Source of the DNA: Minutocellus sp. GHC0000111
Taxonomy: Eukaryota
NCBI GenBank assembly: GCA_977018835.1
Contig: OZ361258.1
Span: 4,278,001 to 4,342,000, forward strand
DNA: 64,000 nucleotides
Reading direction: 5' to 3'
In this document: positions 1 to 10,488 of the stretch, one piece after another
Layout of the letters: each line of letters begins with the position of its first letter
Position numbering within the stretch: position 1 is the stretch's first letter
The notes under the pieces: generated by a model
What the model was told of the DNA's origin: nothing
Databases searched by the model: none
The model's input: the letters and a program-made list of their open reading frames with translations, nothing else
Translations under genes and position numbers: made by a program

Positions 1-959
1 GACGCATCCCGTCTGGTCTTCGGGCTTCTCTACGACTTGGACGGGGGATTTGACATTAGGATCGCACGAGGTGGTTGCTACTTCGCACGTGGTTTGGGCA
101 TTTTTCTGTGTGAAAGGGAAGAAAAAAGGAACAGTGGGTGAGATGCGAACATGTACCATGGTAGCGACCAGGAATAGATGTACAGCGACATCAACAGTCA
201 GTATGTGCAAGCACCCCGCCCCTTCATGTATGATATTACTCACCTGCACGGCTCGGAATGGCCTGTTCGGCACTTCTGTTTGCCACCACCGATGTATTGG
301 ATGGCAACGCACCCCCTTCTGCGCTTGCAAATCTTGCGACACTCCTTGATGTCGACGGCGTTCTTCACAACGACATCCTCCGGGGAGAAGTCACCGTCGC
401 ACTCGTACCCAGGTATTTTGTCATCCAATAGCGGGCGGGTCTTGACGCTGAACTTCATCCGGGCGTTGGTGCAGTCGTCCCCGACGTCGGAGGCGAACCA
501 CTTCTTCCCCGGGGTGAGGTTGTCCTCCCGGGAGATGTCGAAGGTACCGGTTGTCTGTGGCCCGACGAGGAGCCAGGCGTTGGAAAAGTCGCAATTCTTG
601 TAGGCAATCTCGTCGGTGAACTCGTACAGGCTGTGGGCCATTCCGTCTCCTCCCCACTGGACGGTAACTGTTTGGCATTGCAGTTGGTCGTACGGCTTGC
701 CGCCCTGGGGATGGAATCGCTGCCAGGTGACCACCTCATCGACGGCCATTGCGGTCGGAATGAGAGAACCGATAATGGCAATGGCGAGCAAAGTCACGAT
801 CGCACCGGACCTTTGGATCATGGGAAGAATTGCCGTGCTTGGTTGTGCGCCACGGGTGCAAGCAGGTCTACTCCGGAGAGTGGTACTGGTTGTGCCGGCA
901 TTGTTGGCATGTTGTACCGGGGCTGCGGCTATTGACTGAACAGAAATAGAATCACACAT
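1..959 (-). CDS. Secreted phytocyanin/cupredoxin-like protein with a PAN/apple-like Cys module (probably runs off the window start)
   Basis: Hydrophobic signal segment; HSLYEF...CDFS...WFAS...C..MK resembles the plastocyanin-like fold; CRKICKRRRGCVAIQY is PAN-like. GT-AG intron 106-243. The frame that stays open to base 1 needs a 1-nt shift at the A-run next to the acceptor. Confidence 0.55.
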
Positions 960-1763
960 CTTGCGTTGCCGACAGTGCTCTGCGTCTATTGGAGGTTCAC
1001 TCTCGGCGGCCGCGGATTGTCGTCAAAGCGTCCTTTGCCGCCGCCGCCGTTCAGATCCGACAAGATGACCGAGGTGGGGGACGGCCGCTTGGCCGAGCGG
1101 AGGCTCCACGTTTGATTCATGTTGATGCGGTTGCCGACGTACCGGACCTCGAACTCCTCCTCGACGGCGGACGAGGTGGGAAGGGGAGGGGGTGGAGGGG
1201 GTTGAGGAGGAGGCATGATGCGCTCGAAATTTATTTATTTGAAAATGGCCTTGCGGTGGGAAGGTTGCGCAAGTTGCTCGGCAATTCGATCGATGAGATG
1301 CGCTGAAATCAGCCAGATGCCACCAGCCTACGTAGGTGGCTAGCTCTCGACCGATCTGCGGAAGGCAATTCAGTTCCGCTCGAGGAGGCAGAGGATGGGC
1401 CGAGGGGGGGGGTGCCGGAGAGATAGGATGCCCGGTACTGGTATGGCAGCGCAATTTTCTGGCGCAATTTTTGAATTGAATCTTCATTTTTCATGCCGAA
1501 AATTTACGAGCCGGCCCCGCCCGTTCGTCGCTTACCTGCCGGCAGACTCTCTATCTCTTTATTTCTTTTGTTCATCTGTTTCTCTCTTCCTCCCTCCATT
1601 TTCATGTATTTGGGGGGGCATAAGAAAAATCCAGAGAGACATCGAGCGAGCAGGCGAGGGGCGAGAAGATGGCATGGCGATGGCGGCGAACCGGCGAACG
1701 GTGAACGCAAGAGGCTGATCAGAGGCATAAAAATTCCTACGGCAACGGAGGAAAGGGCCAGCC

Positions 1764-2984
1764 ATGCCCAACTTTGCCCGCCAATTCCGTTCCGCCGCGT
1801 CCGAGCAGCAGCAGGGCCGTCCGTCGTCCTCATCGTTCCGCTCCCTCAACGACGAGGACGATGACGAGGACGATTTGCATCTCTCCTCTAACGAAATATC
1901 TGACCATCATCACGATGGATATGCGGCAGCCGAGGACGACCACCCGTTGCCTCCCGATGTCAACGTAGACGACACTTACGACTACCAATTCACCGTCGCT
2001 CCTTCGCAAGGTCCGCACGATCAAACGCAAAACGGACACAAGCAGGCCCAAAGGAAGAGCCAGAGGAGACACAATCGAACCCAACAGCAGACCAACCAAC
2101 AATACGAGCAAGAACTGACACGGATACCTCTGACGCACATGAACTCCACCGATCACATCGTCGACCACACCTTTGGCGACTCCCTTCAGTCGCTATCGGA
2201 AAGTTTGTCGAATTTGGATGCCGACGTGGCCAACGAGGAGGAGTTGGCGTTGAGGATTATCGAGGAGGCGCATGCGGCGAGGGCGTACGGTGGTGATTAT
2301 GGTGGTAATTACGGTGGGAGGCAGCATCGAAGGCGCAGGGTCGTGCTGGGCTGCTGCAGTATCATTGTCGGTGTCATACTGGTGTCGGCATTCGTCGGCA
2401 AAAGCCACAAAGCGAATGAAAACAAGAATGATCCGCTCGGTTTGCTATCACAGTCCCAAAACGACACCATGTCAGAAACCGACGCATGGGAACAAGTTTG
2501 CTCGGCGCATTCCCTATCCAACACCAACGGACGGCATCAGTGCGCCGATGCCTGCCGAATCTACGATTGCTGCGCGGCGGACGGCGACTCCGTCGAAGAA
2601 CCCAGCTGCGCCGACCAAAAGAGGGACGACTGCGACCGGTTCTGGAGGCTGTGTCCCGACGTCCTTGACATGCCGGTAGATCCATCAACGCCATCCACTC
2701 CGCAAAGAACGTCCAACTGGGAGCAGCAGCAGCTGATCCAGGCGTGCGGGGAGGCCAACACCAACACCGCCAAGTTTGACCAATGCACCGATTTGTGTGG
2801 CGACCATGAGTGCTGTCAAGATATGTACGGTGGAGGATGTGTCACGTTGGAGGAATACCAGTGCCATTTGTACCGGGAGCCGTGCAGCGTGTTGGCGGTC
2901 GATCTGGCCCAGGCCATTGCCCAGCATGTGGGCCGAGAGCATGAGGAGAAGGTGGAACAGGGTGGTGGGCGATATTTGCGATGA
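1764..2984 (+). CDS. Single-pass membrane protein with two Cys-rich (C-x3-C-x4-CC) repeats
   Basis: 406-aa ORF with acidic N-terminus, basic RRRR then TM VVLGCCSIIVGVILVSAFV, and repeats CADACRIYDCC and CTDLCGDHECC. Confidence 0.7.
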   Translation: MPNFARQFRSAASEQQQGRPSSSSFRSLNDEDDDEDDLHLSSNEISDHHHDGYAAAEDDHPLPPDVNVDDTYDYQFTVAPSQGPHDQTQNGHKQAQRKSQRRHNRTQQQTNQQYEQELTRIPLTHMNSTDHIVDHTFGDSLQSLSESLSNLDADVANEEELALRIIEEAHAARAYGGDYGGNYGGRQHRRRRVVLGCCSIIVGVILVSAFVGKSHKANENKNDPLGLLSQSQNDTMSETDAWEQVCSAHSLSNTNGRHQCADACRIYDCCAADGDSVEEPSCADQKRDDCDRFWRLCPDVLDMPVDPSTPSTPQRTSNWEQQQLIQACGEANTNTAKFDQCTDLCGDHECCQDMYGGGCVTLEEYQCHLYREPCSVLAVDLAQAIAQHVGREHEEKVEQGGGRYLR

Positions 2985-3088
2985 TCACACACACGTGTGA
3001 AACAAATGCATAAGATTAGAAATGTACAACTGCGTATGATAAAATATATAATGAAACATCTTTTAAGGCTACGCATGGGACGCTGCAT

Positions 3089-4732
3089 TTACCCTTCTAT
3101 CGGAAACAACTTTCGCATGACCTTGAGGCCGCGGACCGGCCGCTTCTTGTTCTTCTTGCAATCAGGCCGGAGGTTGAGCTCGAGCTCTCGTCGGTATCGG
3201 CGTCGGAATCGTTCCGGTCCACCGCCAAACAATGCATCGTGGTCCTTCATGGCGCGGTCGGCGTGCGATCGGGCCACCCTGCCATCGTCGTTGGCTATCG
3301 CCCACGCACAAAGGGCGGTTTGAACTCGAAGTGCAACACCCGTCTCATCGAGGGGTGGTAATTTGGCATCCACAAATGCAACGCACTGCTCCCACACGGG
3401 ATATGCTTCCTCGTGCCGGCCGAGGCCGTCCAAAGTCAATGCCTGGAGGATTCGGAGCTGATGGGCATCGCACTGGAACCAACTCGCGGCGTGCTCATCA
3501 TCATCGTCATTACCATGGTCGTCCATCGCATCATCATGATCCTCGGGAGCCTTGCGTTTGCCCTCCGCTTGGGCCAAGAGCTCGTCGATTGCCTCTAAAC
3601 GCTCTTCTGGCACCATTTCCATCAATTCCTGCTGCACCTCGGCATCCACCACGGGCATTAGCGGTGCGTTATCGTCATCATCACCAGAAACAGCCGAACC
3701 CTTGGCCGCACCCATATTCTCATTAGCATCCTCGTCATCACCATCGACAAAGTCCATACCCAGAACGGCCGTCCTCCGTCCGCTGTCCTCACAGAGGATC
3801 TCATGCTCCACGTACGATATGGTCAGTTCGGTACCAGCCTCCACCCTGCGATTGGCCACGAAAAAGGTAACGTCCCCAATCGCCCATCGGTTGACGTTGG
3901 GTTGGCTGGAATGGTTGAACAGGCTGGCATACTGAAACAATGCCGTTCCACTCAACGAGACATGTCCCACCGGACTGGGGTGGACGAACAGCTCTGGACA
4001 GGTTTCGACACTTAGAGAATTGTATCGAACAATAAGGGGAAGGCGCAGACGGATGGCTTGGGCCGTGTTGGCATCAATGTCGGCATTCTCCCCGCACAGA
4101 TTGGACAGGCAGTTCTCCATCTCCAAACCAACCTTTGGGTCGGAGCAGACCCACGGTGGTAGGGCTTGGACCTCGGCATCGGTCTGTGGATACAGATTGC
4201 ATATGCCAACGCTCTTACCTCCATCTGATGTTTTAGACATTCCAGTCCAAAGCGTCGGATCAAGCTTGATGGACTCGGCAAGGCGCATCGTGAGCAGAGC
4301 CGTCCCTACTGAATCGGTCGGTCCATCGTCGTCATCATCACTTTCTGCGCCGCTCTCCATGTTGTTATCTTCATCAGCGCTTGCAGGTGCAGCGGCAGCA
4401 TTTGATTTCTTTTGCGCACCATCATCATCCAGCGACATGTATTAATCCTCCTCGTTGTCCCCAAACTCGGCCTCGTCTTCCTCCCACCGCATGACCATCC
4501 CAAGGGGCTTTTCGACCAGCAGGACCGTCCCCGGTTCGATGGTCTGGCGGGCGTACCATCCTCTTCCCTTGGTTTTGGCATTCTTCTTGCTACCATTGCG
4601 CACCTCCATCAGCCGATGGGGCGTATCCTCGTCGTAGTTCGACGGGAGGGGCAGGTCGGGCGGATAGGGAGTCTCCTCCGAGGAAATGGCGTCGGCCTCG
4701 TCGAACAGGTCGTCGAGATCGAGCTTCGACAT
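3089..4732 (-). pseudogene. SET-domain (SMYD-like) lysine methyltransferase with one in-frame TAA
   Basis: KGRGWYARQTIEPGTVLLVEKP, SLFNHSSQPN and GTELTISY motifs. ORFs 4442-4732 and 3089-4438 are in frame (GAT TAA TAC ATG); stop at 4442-4444. Confidence 0.8.
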
Positions 4733-5190
4733 GTTATGTGCTATTTGCTATGTCTGTAATTTATGTGCCACCTCTTCAAAAGACGTGGAATGTGCAATAA
4801 GGCTTCGTATGGCTTGAATGAAATCTACCACCAACCGGCTGCCAATGTTAATTCCCTTGCTACTTCGGCTGCAGCACCTTTGACGTTGCTTTCATTTCTT
4901 GGCGGCAGTTCGCGGTCAAGATTGCGCCATGACGGAAGACGTACAGACCAATACAAATATTTTAATTTTCGATTGCTAGGGATAAAGGACTCCTTCGACT
5001 GAACAAAGCTGCCAACAACTTCGGCTCGAAGAGAAATCGAAAGTAGCCAGGAAGATAAGAAAGATACGGCGAAGATGATGAGGTGGAAGTTGCTGAGGTG
5101 GCCCGACCGGCGCCGAAGGCCGAAGGCGAGCAAGACAAGACTCCACAGAACATTGATTCGAACTATTCTTCGGCCAAGTATCTAACCGCC

Positions 5191-6954
5191 ATGCCTTCCG
5201 TCCATAAATTTGCTCTCGTTGCGCTGACTTTGCTCTCAGCTTCGGGTCAAGGCAACTCCTTCGTTCCTACCACGACCTCTGCTGATTCGCATCATCATAA
5301 CACAAGAGCTGCGTCTCGCCTCGAGTTCCAAAGCGACGACAACAACTATGCCTCTGAAGACAACGTCAGCCGAACTTCCTCCACCGCTGGCGGCCTGTCA
5401 TCTCTGTCGGTGACCGAACTCAAGCGTATCCTGTCGGAGCGCGGAGTCGACTTTCGCGATTGTCTGGAGAAGCGCGACCTCATCGATCGGCTGGTCCAAA
5501 CCAACGAAAACGTGAGTACTGGGGTCGGCAACCATCGGTATCGTCGGCAGCGAGCAATCTTAGTTCGGAGGAGACACGACTGGTCAACACCGTCAACGCC
5601 GTATCGCCCAGTGTGGCCTACATCCAATCCGTGTCGGTCGGTCCCAGATCGCTGTCGTTGCAGGGAACGGAGGTTCCGCAGGGGGCTGGAAGTGGATTTC
5701 TGTGGGACGATCAGGGCCATGTGGTGACCAATTTCCACGTTGTGGCAGCCGGTGCTACCGCTGGTGGTAGAGGCCGCGGCGGTATGCAGTTGCCTACCTA
5801 GGTCAAGGTCCGTCTGCAGGGTATGGAGAAGGCGTTGGATGCTTCGGTAGTAGGCGTCGAGCCGGAGAGGGACCTTGCCGTCCTTAAGCTCCCGAACGGC
5901 GTTCCTCTACCGAGACCGGTTGACGTTGGCACCAGTAACGATCTCATGGTGGGCCAAACTGTGTTGGTCATTGGAAATGTAAGTATGATTCGATGATGTC
6001 GCCGTTTCTGTGCGTTCAAAAATGGTTTTGGTAATGGCCAAACTCACATCTGAATGATTATTCTTTCTTTGATATTACATTATGGAGTCGTGAGTGCGCT
6101 GGGCAGAGAAGTTCAGGGTTTTGGAGGCCGGCCAATCAAAGGCTGTGTCCAGACGGATGCCAGCATTAATCCTGGCAACAGCGTAAGTAGGAAATATATA
6201 TATTGAAAAAAACAGCGTGGGAATTTAGGATGATATGCACGTTGGCATGTGGGGAGATGCAGGAATGTTTGTGAGTAAAGAAATTCTCACCATCTATGTC
6301 GTATCTTTTCATCTTCCCATGATATGGTGACACAGGGTGGGCCCCTACTGGATTCCAGTGGCCGTCTTATCGGTGTGAATACTGCCATTTATGCTCCTGG
6401 CGCTGCTGCTGGACTGGCTGGCAATGTAGGCATCGGCTTCGCAATCCCTGTCGACAAAGTTCGTTGCGTCGTCAACCAGCTAATTCGATATGGCAAGGCC
6501 ATTCGTCCGACAATCGGCATCAATGTCAGCGAGGATAGAGTAACTCGATCCATTGAGGCGGCGCTCAGGAGGAAACTGGATGGAGTATTGGTAGCAGAAG
6601 TCCTCCCAGACTCGCCTGCAGAGAAGGCTGGCATGAGACCAACACTCTTTACTCTTTCGCGGCGATGGGTCAGTGGTCTTGGGTGATCTGATCATCAAAG
6701 TGGATGGCGTCCCTGTTCGTCAAGTCGAAGATCTTCTCAGTGAAATTGAAGATAAGAAGGGAGGTGAAATCATTAATCTTCGTGTTCTTCGTGGATGCGA
6801 CGCATCAAAGGCCGAGACTATTCGAGTTCGTCTCACTGGAAGAGAAAGCATCAGGAACACAGAACGTTCAAACACAAACAGGCGAAGTGGCTTCCGACGG
6901 AACGGAGATATCAGTCCAACATTCTCCGATGGTATCGGCGGCGCATGGCAGTAA
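5191..6954 (+). pseudogene. Plastid-targeted Deg/HtrA serine protease (SAP-like domain, trypsin domain, PDZ), multiply disrupted
   Basis: GSGF, TNFHVV, DLAVL, NPGNS|GGP (intron 6183-6335), GIGFAIP and PDZ motifs. Lesions: frameshift near 5525, TAG at 5799-5801, loss of the intron-1 acceptor and PFGL motif near 6070, 7-bp duplication at 6644-6657. Confidence 0.85.
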
Positions 6955-7255
6955 TTGGCTGATTTACGCTGAAGCAGTTTGGTCATGGTAGGAGAGTTCA
7001 TTCCCTAATCACACATTTATTGAAAGTCGCCACGTATATGTGTTTCAATTCATCGTATTGCAAAGAGTGAACGTTCTAATTTTACGTGAGGAATCTACAC
7101 ATGGCATTGGCGGCGCTTGGCAGTGATTGGTGATGAAAGTTTTAGAAACTTTCTGGAGGTTACATGTACAACGTACTAGTATCAGTCACATCTAAGACTT
7201 TTGCGCTGGCTCTTTCGGTTACATGTACCCACGGCTGAATTGGATGGCATACATA

Positions 7256-7759
7256 CTAGTCTCCAGATACCCAATCATCGTCCATTGAATATCTGCGCTG
7301 ATGGCGGATGCTGGCATCGTTGCGCCCCCATGCTCCGCCTCCATCGTCATCGCCGGCAGCGCCACGGCGCCGTCTTCTTCGGGTAGAGGAGCGGGCTGTA
7401 GGGATGGTGGAAATTGAGACTGCCGAGGCTGCAGTGTGATCATCGTCAAAACCACCATCGAACGAGGAAGACCGAGTGCGAGCGTTCTGACGGTTGCTGT
7501 GTCTGCCGAGATGTTCCGATAAACTTATCGGTCTGCTGTTGAGTGAAGTATCGATTTGATCCTCGATGTGCTTGTAGATATCGTCAGCTCGCATATCTCT
7601 CCTACTACTGTCATGAGCAAGATAATCCGCCGAAGGGGAGTTCCGCGACACATGGAGTGCAAGACCCATGCTTTGGTGCCTCTCGCGTTGCTTCTGCCTT
7701 TGTTGTCGCCTCTGGTGATTAAAATCTTGGAAGATCGTCATCTCTTCCATGTTGTCCAA
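7256..7759 (-). CDS. Hypothetical protein (possibly a fragment)
   Basis: 167-aa ORF with TTG start and no recognisable domain; its 5' end abuts a degenerate inverted-repeat element. Confidence 0.3.
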   Translation of the reverse strand: MDNMEEMTIFQDFNHQRRQQRQKQRERHQSMGLALHVSRNSPSADYLAHDSSRRDMRADDIYKHIEDQIDTSLNSRPISLSEHLGRHSNRQNARTRSSSFDGGFDDDHTAASAVSISTIPTARSSTRRRRRRGAAGDDDGGGAWGRNDASIRHQRRYSMDDDWVSGD

Positions 7760-7771
7760 GGATGCATTTTG

Positions 7772-7996
7772 GTGACCCCTCTAAGAATCTTGATTGACCC
7801 CCCCGATAGGACCTCCAGTGAGCCAGGACAGGGAAACGTTTGATTTTTTTAATTACTTATAATGACGCCCCTAATGTAGTTGATATTCTCGGAAGAGCTC
7901 GCAAAAATATTACGAAGGACGTTACATGTACATGTATTATTAATGTAACTGAGGTCCCGAGGGGGCAAATTTAGTAATTTGTCTGAGGGCGGTTAC
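7772..7996. mobile_element. Degenerate MITE-like element with imperfect terminal inverted repeats
   Basis: Left arm gtgacccctc...tgaccccccc..ggacctccagt is roughly the reverse complement of right arm actgaggtcc..gggggcaa...gagggcggttac; AT-rich interior. Confidence 0.35.
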
Positions 7997-8046
7997 ATGT
8001 GTACAAGTGCACAGGAGTGCATAGTGGTAGTCTATATAGTTTGATC

Positions 8047-8977
8047 TACGTAGCTACACAATCTACGTAGTTACATAGTCCGCATTGCAAATCCTTTCTG
8101 TTCTCTTTGGCTCTCTGGCTAATGCTCACTTCAGGCAACGTGGAAAATTTGCCGCCAGGGCTTGGTCTTTCTAGCTAGCTACATTTTTTTTTTCGTTCAC
8201 CGGTCCCAACGTTCGAAGTTAATTTGTCGCTTGCTTACGATCGTGGAGAAAGCTTCGATTGACATGCCACTGAGGTCCCTCTCCAATTGGTTGTAGATGT
8301 CATTGATGGGAGTTTCTGATCGTGCCGTCGTTTTCAACGGCTCGGTGACAACAGGGAAATCGTACGTCGAACCGATGGTTAGAATGGTTTGGCTCTCGAT
8401 TGTTTCTTCTTGGGGGATTCTTCCGTTGTTTTCATTTGCGTGGGTGTTGGTCAAAAGCAGCGCATTGGCTTTTTGAATGGATGTTTTGATTTTGTCTTGA
8501 AAATCTTGAGATGTGATTCCAGCACAAGCATCAGCTTGAATGTAGTCCAGCAGAGACTTGGGATAAGCGCAGAGGCGAATGCCCTCCTCGGTTTGCTCAA
8601 CGGGATGCGTGGCCTTTTCCAATATGTCTAAGAGTTCGTCGTCAGGGGCCTCACCGTGAATGGCAGCGCAGAAGTCGTGAAATGAATGGTGGAGCGAGTG
8701 ACGCTCGGGTTGGTGGAAGCGGACAGGAGTTTTCATGGCTGATATTCGGGCGGCAGTTCGGTGGAATGGAGCGAGCACTTAGTAAATGAAAGTCGGTACT
8801 GTCGCTCTTTCTCTTCATGAAATTATGGGCGAAATGAGGCTGATCGTTATGGAACGAATGCGCTTCTTTGTGGCCTACCTGACCTGCTGGCGTGGCGCTG
8901 GCCGAGAAGGTCGCCATGGAAAATGTCTGCGTTCCACTTTCCAACTCTGTGCAACAGCATGCAAAAAAATCCTTCAA
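8047..8977 (-). pseudogene. Hypothetical gene with a frameshift and in-frame stops
   Basis: Overlapping ORFs 8651-8977 and 8197-8778. The second frame continues plausibly past TGA (8197-8199) and TAG (8179-8181): ERWDR*TKKKM*LARKDQALAAKF. Confidence 0.45.
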
Positions 8978-9566
8978 TTATCTGACAAATCTACTCAAAA
9001 ATGTTCTCTGTGTGGATTATTTTGTGTACGGAACATTCAAATGTATGTTTACAGCAAAACATAAAAGAGATCGAAGAAATGTCCGCTTTCCAATCCGAAA
9101 GATGATGTCGTTTCGTGGAGGCACCAAAATCCGGGAGCAGGGATTTGTTCGTCGGTTTCTATTTCATGATTCACTTTCAACTCAATTTTCTGAAACTTTG
9201 GCTTCGTGGCGGTACCCAATGGCAGAAAGTGGAGAGCGAAGAGAGCAAACCGACTTCCTGCCCGTGAGTGATAAAACGCCGACGGGAGCAGCAAAGCCAC
9301 ACAAACAAAGCTGAGAGTGTACATTTCACAAATCCAATTGCACACATCGCGTCTATCATCTGTCGCAATTTCCAGCAAACGTGCCAAAAGAAGACACAGG
9401 TCATTCCACGAAGAAAAGTGCACACACAAGCAAGCGTTCCTCCCTGCGCTTCTTCCGGCATCATAACATTCACAATTTGCATTCGTCTCATTGACTGAAG
9501 AAAGTCTTGCTCCCGCCTGATTCGCACATACCGGCACCCGCATATTCCAAACCAACAACAACAACA

Positions 9567-10307
9567 ATGAACAAGTCAGTTACCTTCTCGTCCGTCGTCC
9601 AATGCCGCCCAACGCTGAGCCGATGGGACCTCACCGAAGACGAGCGGGACGCCACCTGGCGATCTACCTCCGATCGGCAAACAGCCCAAGTCGAGGCACT
9701 TGACACGGTTCGGGTGATGCGCGGTCTTTTTACCTTTAATGGTGAGATCCATCCCGATGCCGAGGCATATCTGGTATCGCAGGGACATACTTTAAGAGGA
9801 ATCGAGCATCTACGATCGCAAACCAGCTCGGCCTTCCGCCGTCATCGTCGCATGGACATGGTCGACACGGTCCTCGAGAAGCAGTTTTATCACTACCATC
9901 CGTATGACGGAAGAAAGCCTGAAAAAACCAAGACACTCTCACAGCACGATGTGACCAACATATCCATCTCACTAGCCGAAACCAGCATGGCGAAAAGTAT
10001 GACGGCTCGGACAGAGGCCGCGGCAAGAGGACAGAGCGATGCCGAATGGGCCCGAGTCATCAATGAGATGGAAGACATGGCCCTCGATAATAATCCCTCC
10101 AATGATCAGTATAACGAGTCTCACATGGAGGCACAATTGATCAACGGCGACAAGGAGATTGCCCAACAGGAATGTTATCAGCAACAGCATGCAGATGATG
10201 CCGCGGGCAAGGGCAAGAGAAATGGCCGTCTTCTCGATCGTGTCGGTTGCTTCATCCGCGATGGCATGGCCAAGGAATGCAAGCAAGTTGCTAGCATAAG
10301 TGCATAG
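9567..10307 (+). CDS. Uncharacterised diatom-type protein (KSVTF...RGxE family)
   Basis: MNKSVTFS, E..ATW, LRGIEH and A..RG..DA..A pattern, recognised by eye. Confidence 0.7.
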   Translation: MNKSVTFSSVVQCRPTLSRWDLTEDERDATWRSTSDRQTAQVEALDTVRVMRGLFTFNGEIHPDAEAYLVSQGHTLRGIEHLRSQTSSAFRRHRRMDMVDTVLEKQFYHYHPYDGRKPEKTKTLSQHDVTNISISLAETSMAKSMTARTEAAARGQSDAEWARVINEMEDMALDNNPSNDQYNESHMEAQLINGDKEIAQQECYQQQHADDAAGKGKRNGRLLDRVGCFIRDGMAKECKQVASISA

Positions 10308-10488
10308 AAATATACATATTAGATGATCTCATTTTTATCTTGCACAGTTCATTTAACTTTGGAATTACTCATGTAGTCCATAAACACCAAAACCTGTTTG
10401 GATTGTGTATCAAGGTAGTCTTTAAATATTATTAATAGTTAGGTTATGCGTTGTTTTGTTTTGTATGTGTCGTACACTTCGAGCTTCT

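Noticed and set aside
986..1494. Short Pro-rich minus-strand ORFs
   Set aside because: No domain and no clear gene model; they may belong to the neighbouring gene but this cannot be supported.
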